Shown piece by piece: positions 12,286-25,623 of a stretch of DNA of 64,000 bases (position 1 is the stretch's first letter; each line of letters opens with the position of its first letter). The notes under the pieces are model-generated. The model worked only from the letters and a program-made list of their open reading frames with translations. It was not told the DNA's origin and did no database searches. The translations under genes and the position numbers were made by a program. Source of the DNA: Auanema rhodensis (lineage: Eukaryota; Animalia; Nematoda); NCBI GenBank assembly GCA_964057225.1, contig OZ059895.1:992001-1056000 (forward strand). The letters run 5' to 3'.

Positions 12286-13689
12286 GAAAAATGGAATCTA
12301 AAAACATCTACTTTTTGCTAAATTATTTTGAAATTTTTCGAAAAAATTTTTGTCAAAATGTTTTTGGAAGCAATGTTGAGTGTACATGGAAACTCAACAT
12401 ACACTAATGCATCATTTTTCGAACAATCATAACTAATTTGTGTATTAAGCGTTTCTCAATGTAGTATAGTGCATTCGATGCGGATTTTTAAGCTGCGTCG
12501 ATCTGTGTTATCAGATTTGCGCTAGCTTAAAAATGCACCGAGATATCAACTGATATAAGTTCACACTTATATCCTCGATTTTCACCCTGAAGAATTAATT
12601 TTTTCGTTGAATAACATTGTCCATCGTCTTTGCCTTGAAAAATGGAATCTAAAAACATCTACTTTTTGCTAAATTATTTTGAAATTTTTCGAAAAAATTT
12701 TTGTCAAAATGTTTTTGGAAGCAATGTTGAGTGTACATGGAAACTCAACATACACTAATGCATCATTTTTCGAACAATCATAACTAATTTGTGTATTAAG
12801 CGTTTCTCAATGTAGTATAGTGCAATCGATGCGGATTTTTAAGCTGCGTCGATCTGTGTTATCAGATTTACGCTAGCTTAAAAATGCACCGAGATATCAA
12901 CTGATATAAGTTCACACTTATATCCTCGATTTTCACCCTGAAGAATTGATTTTTTCGTTGAATAACATTGTCTATCGTCTTTGCCTTGAAAAATGGAATC
13001 TAAAAACATCTACTTTTTGCTAAATTATTTTGAAATTTTTCGAAAAAATTTTTGTCAAAATGTTTTTGGAAGCAATGTTGAGTGTACATGGAAACTCAAC
13101 ATACACTAATGCATCATTTTTCAAACGATCATAACTAATTTTTGTATCAAGCGTTTCTCAATGTAGTATAGTGCATTCGATGCGGATTTTTAAGCTGCGT
13201 CGATCTGTGTTATCAGATTTGCGCTAGCTTAAAAATGCACCGAGATATCAACTGATATAAGTTCACACTTATATCCTCGATTTTCACCCTGAAGAATTAA
13301 TTTTTTCGTTGAATAACATTGTCCATCGTCTTTGCCTTGAAAAATGGAATCTAAAAACATCTACTTTTCGCTAAATTATTTTGAAATTTTTCGAAAAAAT
13401 TTTTGTCAAAATGTTTTTGGAAGCAATGTTGAGTGTACATGGAAACTCAACATACACTAATGCATCATTTTTCAAACGATCATAACTAATTTTTGTATCA
13501 AGCGTTTCTCAATGTAGTATAGTACATTCGATGCGGATTTTTAAGCTGCGTCGATCTGTGTTATCAGATTTGCGCTAGCTTAAAAATGCACCGAGATATC
13601 AACTGATATAAGTTCACACTTATATCCTCGATTTTCACCCTGAAGAATTAATTTTTTCGTTGAATAACATTGTCCATCGTCTTTGCCTT

Positions 13690-16600
13690 GAAAAATGGAA
13701 TCTAAAAACATCTACTTTTTGCTAAATTATTTCGAAATTTTTGGAAAAAATTTTTGTCAAAATGTTTTTGGAAGCAATGTTGAGTGTACATGGAAACTCA
13801 ACATACACTAATGCATCATTTTTCAAACAATCATAACTAATTTGTGTATTAAGCGTTTCTCAATGTAGTATAGTGCATTCGATGCGGATTTTTAAGCTGC
13901 GTCGATCTGTGTTATCAGATTTGCGCTAGCTTAAAAATGCACCGAGATATCAACTGATATAAGTTCACACTTATATCCTCGATTTTCACCCTGAAGAATT
14001 GATTTTTTCGTTGAATAACATTGTCTATCGTCTTTGCCTTGAAAAATGGAATCTAAAAACATCTACTTTTTGCTAAATTATTTTGAAATTTTTCGAAAAA
14101 ATTTTTGTCAAAATGTTTTTGGAAGCAATGTTGAGTGTACATGGAAACTCAACATACACTAATGCATCATTTTTCAAACGATCATAACTAATTTTTGTAT
14201 CAAGCGTTTCTCGATGTAGTATAGTGCATTCGATGCGGATTTTTAAGCTGCGTCGATCTGTGTTATCAGATTTGCGCTAGCTTAAAAATGCACCGAGATA
14301 TCAACTGATATAAGTTCACACTTATATCCTCGATTTTCACCCTGAAGAATTAATTTTTTCGTTGAATAACATTGTCCATCGTCTTTGCCTTGAAAAATGG
14401 AATCTAAAAACATCTACTTTTTGCTAAATTATTTCGAAATTTTTGGAAAAAATTTTTGTCAAAATGTTTTTGGAAGCAATGTTGAGTGTACATGGAAACT
14501 CAACATACACTAATGCATCATTTTTCAAACAATCATAACTAATTTGTGTATTAAGCGTTTCTCAATGTAGTATAGTGCATTCGATGCGGATTTTTAAGCT
14601 GCGTCGATCTGTGTTATCAGATTTGCGCTAGCTTAAAAATGCACCGAGATATCAACTGATATAAGTTCACACTTATATCCTCGATTTTCACCCTGAAGAA
14701 TTGATTTTTTCGTTGAATAACATTGTCTATCGTCTTTGCCTTGAAAAATGGAATCTAAAAACATCTACTTTTTGCTAAATTATTTTGAAATTTTTCGAAA
14801 AAATTTTTGTCAAAATGTTTTTGGAAGCAATGTTGAGTGTACATGGAAACTCAACATACACTAATGCATCATTTTTCAAACGATCATAACTAATTTTTGT
14901 ATCAAGCGTTTCTCGATGTAGTATAGTGCATTCGATGCGGATTTTTAAGCTGCGTCGATCTGTGTTATCAGATTTGCGCTAGCTTAAAAATGCACCGAGA
15001 TATCAACTGATATAAGTTCACACTTATATCCTCGATTTTCACCCTGAAGAATTGATTTTTTCGTTGAATAACATTGTCTATCGTCTTTGCCTTGAAAAAT
15101 GGAATCTAAAAACATCTACTTTTTGCTAAATTATTTTGAAATTTTTCGAAAAAATTTTTGTCAAAATGTTTTTGGAAGCAATGTTGAGTGTACATGGAAA
15201 CTCAACATACACTAATGCATCATTTTTCAAACGATCATAACTAATTTTTGTATCAAGCGTTTCTCGATGTAGTATAGTGCATTCGATGCGGATTTTTAAG
15301 CTGCGTCGATCTGTGTTATCAGATTTGCGCTAGCTTAAAAATGCACCGAGATATCAACTGATATAAGTTCACACTTATATCCTCGATTTTCACCCTGAAG
15401 AATTAATTTTTTCGTTGAATAACATTGTCCATCGTCTTTGCCTTAAAAAAAGGAATCTAAAAACATCTACTTTTTGCTAAATTATTTTGAAATTTTTCGA
15501 AAAAATTTTTGTCAAAATGTTTTTGGAAGCAATGTTGAGTGTACATGGAAACTCAACATACACTAATGCATCATTTTTCAAACGATCATAACTAATTTTT
15601 GTATCAAGCGTTTCTCGATGTAGTATAGTGCATTCGATGCGGATTTTTAAGCTGCGTCGATCTGTGTTATCAGATTTGCGCTAGCTTAAAAATGCACCGA
15701 GATATCAACTGATATAAGTTCACACTTATATCCTCGATTTTCACCCTGAAGAATTAATTTTTTCGTTGAATAACATTGTCCATCGTCTTTGCCTTGAAAA
15801 ATGGAATCTAAAAACATCTACTTTTTGCTAAATTATTTCGAAATTTTTGGAAAAAATTTTTGTCAAAATGTTTTTGGAAGCAATGTTGAGTGTACATGGA
15901 AACTCAACATACACTAATGCATCATTTTTCAAACAATCATAACTAATTTGTGTATTAAGCGTTTCTCAATGTAGTATAGTGCATTCGATGCGGATTTTTA
16001 AGCTGCGTCGATCTGTGTTATCAGATTTGCGCTAGCTTAAAAATGCACCGAGATATCAACTGATATAAGTTCACACTTATATCCTCGATTTTCACCCTGA
16101 AGAATTGATTTTTTCGTTGAATAACATTGTCTATCGTCTTTGCCTTGAAAAATGGAATCTAAAAACATCTACTTTTTGCTAAATTATTTTGAAATTTTTC
16201 GAAAAAATTTTTGTCAAAATGTTTTTGGAAGCAATGTTGAGTGTACATGGAAACTCAACATACACTAATGCATCATTTTTCAAACGATCATAACTAATTT
16301 TTGTATCAAGCGTTTCTCGATGTAGTATAGTGCATTCGATGCGGATTTTTAAGCTGCGTCGATCTGTGTTATCAGATTTGCGCTAGCTTAAAAATGCACC
16401 GAGATATCAACTGATATAAGTTCACACTTATATCCTCGATTTTCACCCTGAAGAATTAATTTTTTCGTTGAATAACATTGTCTATCGTCTTTGCCTTGAG
16501 AAATGGAATCTAAAAACATCTACTTTTTGCTAAATTATTTTGAAATTTTTCGAAAAAATTTTTGTCAAAATGTTTTTGGAAGCAATGTTGAGTGTACATG

Positions 16601-17901
16601 GAAACTCAACATACACTAATGCATCATTTTTCAAACGATCATAACTAATTTTTGTATCAAGCGTTTCTCGATGTAGTATAGTGCATTCGCTGCGGATTTT
16701 TAAGCTGCGTCGATCTGTGTTATCAGATTTGCGCTAGCTTAAAAATGCACCGAGATATCAACTGATATAAGTTCACACTTATATCCTCGATTTTCACCCT
16801 GAAGAATTAATTTTTTCGTTGAATAACATTGTCCATCGTCTTTGCCTTGAAAAATGGAATCTAAAAACATCTACTTTTTGCTAAATTATTTTGAAATTTT
16901 TGGAAAAAATTTTTGTCAAAATGTTTTTGGAAGCAATGTTGAGTGTACATGGAAACTCAACATACACTAATGCATCATTTTTCAAACAATCATAACTAAT
17001 TTGTGTATTAAGCGTTTCTCAATGTAGTATAGTGCATTCGATGCGGATTTTTAAGCTGCGTCGATCTGTGTTATCAGATTTGCGCTAGCTTAAAAATGCA
17101 CCGAGATATCAACTGATATAAGTTCACACTTATATCCTCGATTTTCACCCTGAAGAATTAATTTTTTCGTTGAATAACATTGTCTATCGTCTTTGCCTTG
17201 AGAAATGGAATCTAAAAACATCTACTTTTTGCTAAATTATTTTGAAATTTTTCGAAAAAATTTTTGTCAAAATGTTTTTGGAAGCAATGTTGAGTGTACA
17301 TGGAAACTCAACATACACTAATGCATCATTTTTCAAACGATCATAACTAATTTTTGTATCAAGCGTTTCTCGATGTAGTATAGTGCATTCGCTGCGGATT
17401 TTTAAGCTGCGTCGATCTGTGTTATCAGATTTGCGCTAGCTTAAAAATGCACCGAGATATCAACTGATATAAGTTCACACTTATATCCTCGATTTTCACC
17501 CTGAAGAATTAATTTTTTCGTTGAATAACATTGTCCATCGTCTTTGCCTTGAAAAATGGAATCTAAAAACATCTACTTTTTGCTAAATTATTTTGAAATT
17601 TTTGGAAAAAATTTTTGTCAAAATGTTTTTGGAAGCAATGTTGAGTGTACATGGAAACTCAACATACACTAATGCATCATTTTTCAAACAATCATAACTA
17701 ATTTGTGTATTAAGCGTTTCTCAATGTAGTATAGTGCATTCGATGCGGATTTTTAAGCTGCGTCGATCTGTGTTATCAGATTTGCGCTAGCTTAAAAATG
17801 CACCGAGATATCAACTGATATAAGTTCACACTTATATCCTCGATTTTCACCCTGAAGAATTAATTTTTTCGTTGAATAACATTGTCTATCGTCTTTGCCT
17901 T
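13690..17901. repeat. Region of 2-monomer (702 bp) duplications
   Basis: TTTCGAAATTTTTGGAAA monomers at 13690, 14392 and 15796. GAGAAATGG + TTCGCTGCGG monomers at 16498 and 17200. Confidence 0.85.
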
Positions 17902-19305
17902 GAAAAATGGAATCTAAAAACATCTACTTTTTGCTAAATTATTTTGAAATTTTTCGAAAAAATTTTTGTCAAAATGTTTTTGGAAGCAATGTTGAGTGTA
18001 CATGGAAACTCAACATACACTAATGCATCATTTTTCAAACGATCATAACTAATTTTTGTATCAAGCGTTTCTCAATGTAGTATAGTGCATTCGATGCGGA
18101 TTTTTAAGCTGCGTCGATCTGTGTTATCAGATTTGCGCTAGCTTAAAAATGCACCGAGATATCAACTGATATAAGTTCACACTTATATCCTCGATTTTCA
18201 CCCTGAAGAATTAATTTTTTCGTTGAATAACATTGTCCATCGTCTTTGCCTTAAAAAAAGGAATCTAAAAACATCTACTTTTTGCTAAATTATTTTGAAA
18301 TTTTTCGAAAAAATTTTTGTCAAAATGTTTTTGGAAGCAATGTTGAGTGTACATGGAAACTCAACATACACTAATGCATCATTTTTCAAACGATCATAAC
18401 TAATTTTTGTATCAAGCGTTTCTCAATGTAGTATAGTGCATTCGATGCGGATTTTTAAGCTGCGTCGATCTGTGTTATCAGATTTGCGCTAGCTTAAAAA
18501 TGCACCGAGATATCAACTGATATAAGTTCACACTTATATCCTCGATTTTCACCCTGAAGAATTAATTTTTTCGTTGAATAACATTGTCCATCGTCTTTGC
18601 CTTGAAAAATGGAATCTAAAAACATCTACTTTTTGCTAAATTATTTTGAAATTTTTGGAAAAAATTTTTGTCAAAATGTTTTTGGAAGCAATGTTGAGTG
18701 TACATGGAAACTCAACATACACTAATGCATCATTTTTCAAACGATCATAACTAATTTTTGTATCAAGCGTTTCTCGATGTAGTATAGTGCATTCGATGCG
18801 GATTTTTAAGCTGCGTCGATCTGTGTTATCAGATTTGCGCTAGCTTAAAAATGCACCGAGATATCAACTGATATAAGTTCACACTTATATCCTCGATTTT
18901 CACCCTGAAGAATTAATTTTTTCGTTGAATAACATTGTCCATCGTCTTTGCCTTAAAAAAAGGAATCTAAAAACATCTACTTTTTGCTAAATTATTTTGA
19001 AATTTTTCGAAAAAATTTTTGTCAAAATGTTTTTGGAAGCAATGTTGAGTGTACATGGAAACTCAACATACACTAATGCATCATTTTTCAAACGATCATA
19101 ACTAATTTTTGTATCAAGCGTTTCTCGATGTAGTATAGTGCATTCGCTGCGGATTTTTAAGCTGCGTCGATCTGTGTTATCAGATTTGCGCTAGCTTAAA
19201 AATGCACCGAGATATCAACTGATATAAGTTCACACTTATATCCTCGATTTTCACCCTGAAGAATTAATTTTTTCGTTGAATAACATTGTCCATCGTCTTT
19301 GCCTT

Positions 19306-21411
19306 GAAAAATGGAATCTAAAAACATCTACTTTTTGCTAAATTATTTTGAAATTTTTGGAAAAAATTTTTGTCAAAATGTTTTTGGAAGCAATGTTGAG
19401 TGTACATGGAAACTCAACATACACTAATGCATCATTTTTCAAACAATCATAACTAATTTGTGTATTAAGCGTTTCTCAATGTAGTATAGTGCATTCGATG
19501 CGGATTTTTAAGCTGCGTCGATCTGTGTTTTCAGATTTGCGCTAGCTTAAAAATGCACCGAGATATCAACTGATATAAGTTCACACTTATATCCTCGATT
19601 TTCACCCTGAAGAATTGATTTTTTCGTTGAATAACATTGTCTATCGTCTTTGCCTTGAAAAATGGAATCTAAAAACATCTACTTTTTGCTAAATTATTTT
19701 GAAATTTTTCGAAAAAATTTTTGTCAAAATGTTTTTGGAAGCAATGTTGAGTGTACATGGAAACTCAACATACACTAATGCATCATTTTTCAAACAATCA
19801 TAACTAATTTGTGTATTAAGCGTTTCTCAATGTAGTATAGTGCATTCGATGCGGATTTTTAAGCTGCGTCGATCTGTGTTATCAGATTTGCGCTAGCTTA
19901 AAAATGCACCGAGATATCAACTGATATAAGTTCACACTTATATCCTCGATTTTCACCCTGAAGAATTAATTTTTTCGTTGAATAACATTGTCCATCGTCT
20001 TTGCCTTAAAAAAAGAAATCTAAAAACATCTACTTTTTGCTAAATTATTTTGAAATTTTTCGAAAAAATTTTTGTCAAAATGTTTTTGGAAGCAATGTTG
20101 AGTGTACATGGAAACTCAACATACACTAATGCATCATTTTTCAAACGATCATAACTAATTTTTGTATCAAGCGTTTCTCAATGTAGTATAGTGCATTCGA
20201 TGCGGATTTTTAAGCTGCGTCGATCTGTGTTATCAGATTTGCGCTAGCTTAAAAATGCACCGAGATATCAACTGATATAAGTTCACACTTATATCCTCGA
20301 TTTTCACCCTGAAGAATTAATTTTTTCGTTGAATAACATTGTCCATCGTCTTTGCCTTGAAAAATGGAATCTAAAAACATCTACTTTTTGCTAAATTATT
20401 TTGAAATTTTTGGAAAAAATTTTTGTCAAAATGTTTTTGGAAGCAATGTTGAGTGTACATGGAAACTCAACATACACTAATGCATCATTTTTCAAACAAT
20501 CATAACTAATTTGTGTATTAAGCGTTTCTCAATGTAGTATAGTGCATTCGATGCGGATTTTTAAGCTGCGTCGATCTGTGTTTTCAGATTTGCGCTAGCT
20601 TAAAAATGCACCGAGATATCAACTGATATAAGTTCACACTTATATCCTCGATTTTCACCCTGAAGAATTGATTTTTTCGTTGAATAACATTGTCTATCGT
20701 CTTTGCCTTGAAAAATGGAATCTAAAAACATCTACTTTTTGCTAAATTATTTTGAAATTTTTCGAAAAAATTTTTGTCAAAATGTTTTTGGAAGCAATGT
20801 TGAGTGTACATGGAAACTCAACATACACTAATGCATCATTTTTCAAACAATCATAACTAATTTGTGTATTAAGCGTTTCTCAATGTAGTATAGTGCATTC
20901 GATGCGGATTTTTAAGCTGCGTCGATCTGTGTTATCAGATTTGCGCTAGCTTAAAAATGCACCGAGATATCAACTGATATAAGTTCACACTTATATCCTC
21001 GATTTTCACCCTGAAGAATTAATTTTTTCGTTGAATAACATTGTCCATCGTCTTTGCCTTGAAAAATGGAATCTAAAAACATCTACTTTTTGCTAAATTA
21101 TTTTGAAATTTTTCGAAAAAATTTTTGTCAAAATGTTTTTGGAAGCAATGTTGAGTGTACATGGAAACTCAACATACACTAATGCATCATTTTTCAAACG
21201 ATCATAACTAATTTTTGTATCAAGCGTTTCTCAATGTAGTATAGTGCATTCGATGCGGATTTTTAAGCTGCGTCGATCTGTGTTATCAGATTTGCGCTAG
21301 CTTAAAAATGCACCGAGATATCAACTGATATAAGTTCACACTTATATCCTCGATTTTCACCCTGAAGAATTAATTTTTTCGTTGAATAACATTGTCCATC
21401 GTCTTTGCCTT
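19306..21411. repeat. 3-monomer tandem duplication
   Basis: Private GTGTTTTCAG at ~19530 and ~20583 (1053 apart). Confidence 0.82.
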
Positions 21412-23517
21412 GAAAAATGGAATCTAAAAACATCTACTTTTTGCTAAATTATTTTGAAATTTTTCGAAAAAATTTTTGTCAAAATGTTTTTGGAAGCAAT
21501 GTTGAGTGTACATGGAAACTCAACATACACTAATGCATCATTTTTCAAACAATCATAACTAATTTGTGTATTAAGCGTTTCTCAATGTAGTATAGTGCAA
21601 TCGATGCGGATTTTTAAGCTGCGTCGATCTGTGTTATCAGATTTGCGCTAGCTTAAAAATGCACCGAGATATCAACTGATATAAGTTCACACTTATATCC
21701 TCGATTTTCACCCTGAAGAATTAATTTTTTCGTTGAATAACATTGTCCATCGTCTTTGCCTTAAAAAAAGGAATCTAAAAACATCTACTTTTTGCTAAAT
21801 TATTTTGAAATTTTTCGAAAAAATTTTTGTCAAAATGTTTTTGGAAGCAATGTTGAGTGTACATGGAAACTCAACATACACTAATGCATCATTTTTCAAA
21901 CGATCATAACTAATTTTTGTATCAAGCGTTTCTCAATGTAGTATAGTGCATTCGATGCGGATTTTTAAGCTGCGTCGATCTGTGTTATCAGATTTGCGCT
22001 AGCTTAAAAATGCACCGAGATATCAACTGATATAAGTTCACACTTATATCCTCGATTTTCACCCTGAAGAATTAATTTTTTCGTTGAATAACATTGTCCA
22101 TCGTCTTTGCCTTGAAAAATGGAATCTAAAAACATCTACTTTTTGCTAAATTATTTTGAAATTTTTCGAAAAAATTTTTGTCAAAATGTTTTTGGAAGCA
22201 ATGTTGAGTGTACATGGAAACTCAACATACACTAATGCATCATTTTTCAAACGATCATAACTAATTTTTGTATCAAGCGTTTCTCAATGTAGTATAGTGC
22301 ATTCGATGCGGATTTTTAAGCTGCGTCGATCTGTGTTATCAGATTTGCGCTAGCTTAAAAATGCACCGAGATATCAACTGATATAAGTTCACACTTATAT
22401 CCTCGATTTTCACCCTGAAGAATTAATTTTTTCGTTGAATAACATTGTCCATCGTCTTTGCCTTGAAAAATGGAATCTAAAAACATCTACTTTTTGCTAA
22501 ATTATTTTGAAATTTTTCGAAAAAATTTTTGTCAAAATGTTTTTGGAAGCAATGTTGAGTGTACATGGAAACTCAACATACACTAATGCATCATTTTTCA
22601 AACAATCATAACTAATTTGTGTATTAAGCGTTTCTCAATGTAGTATAGTGCAATCGATGCGGATTTTTAAGCTGCGTCGATCTGTGTTATCAGATTTGCG
22701 CTAGCTTAAAAATGCACCGAGATATCAACTGATATAAGTTCACACTTATATCCTCGATTTTCACCCTGAAGAATTGATTTTTTCGTTGAATAACATTGTC
22801 TATCGTCTTTGCCTTGAAAAATGGAATCTAAAAAGATCTACTTTTTGCTAAATTATTTTGAAATTTTTCGAAAAAATTTTTGTCAAAATGTTTTTGGAAG
22901 CAATGTTGAGTGTACATGGAAACTCAACATACACTAATGCATCATTTTTCAAACGATCATAACTAATTTTTGTATCAAGCGTTTCTCGATGTAGTATAGT
23001 GCATTCGATGCGGATTTTTAAGCTGCGTCGATCTGTGTTATCAGATTTGCGCTAGCTTAAAAATGCACCGAGATATCAACTGATATAAGTTCACACTTAT
23101 ATCCTCGATTTTCACCCTGAAGAATTAATTTTTTCGTTGAATAACATTGTCCATCGTCTTTGCCTTGAAAAATGGAATCTAAAAACATCTACTTTTTGCT
23201 AAATTATTTTGAAATTTTTCGAAAAAATTTTTGTCAAAATGTTTTTGGAAGCAATGTTGAGTGTACATGGAAACTCAACATACACTAATGCATCATTTTT
23301 CAAACAATCATAACTAATTTGTGTATTAAGCGTTTCTCAATGTAGTATAGTGCAATCGATGCGGATTTTTAAGCTGCGTCGATCTGTGTTATCAGATTTG
23401 CGCTAGCTTAAAAATGCACCGAGATATCAACTGATATAAGTTCACACTTATATCCTCGATTTTCACCCTGAAGAATTGATTTTTTCGTTGAATAACATTG
23501 TCTATCGTCTTTGCCTT

Positions 23518-25623
23518 GAAAAATGGAATCTAAAAACATCTACTTTTTGCTAAATTATTTTGAAATTTTTCGAAAAAATTTTTGTCAAAATGTTTTTGGA
23601 AGCAATGTTGAGTGTACATGGAAACTCAACATACACTAATGCATCATTTTTCAAACGATCATAACTAATTTTTGTATCAAGCGTTTCTCGATGTAGTATA
23701 GTGCATTCGATGCGGATTTTTAAGCTGCGTCGATCTGTGTTATCAGATTTGCGCTAGCTTAAAAATGCACCGAGATATCAACTGATATAAGTTCACACTT
23801 ATATCCTCGATTTTCACCCTGAAGAATTAATTTTTTCGTTGAATAACATTGTCCATCGTCTTTGCCTTGAAAAATGGAATCTAAAAACATCTACTTTTTG
23901 CTAAATTATTTTGAAATTTTTCGAAAAAATTTTTGTCAAAATGTTTTTGGAAGCAATGTTGAGTGTACATGGAAACTCAACATACACTAATGCATCATTT
24001 TTCAAACGATCATAACTAATTTTTGTATCAAGCGTTTCTCAATGTAGTATAGTGCATTCGATGCGGATTTTTAAACTGCGTCGATCTGTGTTATCAGATT
24101 TGCGCTAGCTTAAAAATGCACCGAGATATCAACTGATATAAGTTCACACTTATATCCTCGATTTTCACCCTGAAGAATTAATTTTTTCGTTGAATAACAT
24201 TGTCCATCGTCTTTGCCTTGAAAAATGGAATCTAAAAACATCTACTTTTTGCTAAATTATTTTGAAATTTTTCGAAAAAATTTTTGTCAAAATGTTTTTG
24301 GAAGCAATGTTGAGTGTACATGGAAACTCAACATACACTAATGCATCATTTTTCAAACAATCATAACTAATTTGTGTATTAAGCGTTTCTCAATGTGGTA
24401 TAGTGCAATCGATGCGGATTTTTAAGCTGCGTCGATCTGTGTTATCAGATTTGCGCTAGCTTAAAAATGCACCGAGATATCAACTGATATAAGTTCACAC
24501 TTATATCCTCGATTTTCACCCTGAAGAATTGATTTTTTCGTTGAATAACATTGTCTATCGTCTTTGCCTTGAAAAATGGAATCTAAAAACATCTACTTTT
24601 TGCTAAATTATTTTGAAATTTTTCGAAAAAATTTTTGTCAAAATGTTTTTGGAAGCAATGTTGAGTGTACATGGAAACTCAACATACACTAATGCATCAT
24701 TTTTCAAACGATCATAACTAATTTTTGTATCAAGCGTTTCTCGATGTAGTATAGTGCATTCGATGCGGATTTTTAAGCTGCGTCGATCTGTGTTATCAGA
24801 TTTGCGCTAGCTTAAAAATGCACCGAGATATCAACTGATATAAGTTCACACTTATATCCTCGATTTTCACCCTGAAGAATTAATTTTTTCGTTGAATAAC
24901 ATTGTCCATCGTCTTTGCCTTGAAAAATGGAATCTAAAAACATCTACTTTTTGCTAAATTATTTTGAAATTTTTCGAAAAAATTTTTGTCAAAATGTTTT
25001 TGGAAGCAATGTTGAGTGTACATGGAAACTCAACATACACTAATGCATCATTTTTCAAACGATCATAACTAATTTTTGTATCAAGCGTTTCTCAATGTAG
25101 TATAGTGCATTCGATGCGGATTTTTAAACTGCGTCGATCTGTGTTATCAGATTTGCGCTAGCTTAAAAATGCACCGAGATATCAACTGATATAAGTTCAC
25201 ACTTATATCCTCGATTTTCACCCTGAAGAATTAATTTTTTCGTTGAATAACATTGTCCATCGTCTTTGCCTTGAAAAATGGAATCTAAAAACATCTACTT
25301 TTTGCTAAATTATTTTGAAATTTTTCGAAAAAATTTTTGTCAAAATGTTTTTGGAAGCAATGTTGAGTGTACATGGAAACTCAACATACACTAATGCATC
25401 ATTTTTCAAACAATCATAACTAATTTGTGTATTAAGCGTTTCTCAATGTGGTATAGTGCAATCGATGCGGATTTTTAAGCTGCGTCGATCTGTGTTATCA
25501 GATTTGCGCTAGCTTAAAAATGCACCGAGATATCAACTGATATAAGTTCACACTTATATCCTCGATTTTCACCCTGAAGAATTGATTTTTTCGTTGAATA
25601 ACATTGTCTATCGTCTTTGCCTT
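23518..25623. repeat. 3-monomer tandem duplication
   Basis: TTAAACTGC at ~24075/~25128 and ATGTGGTAT at ~24397/~25450 (1053 apart). Confidence 0.88.
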
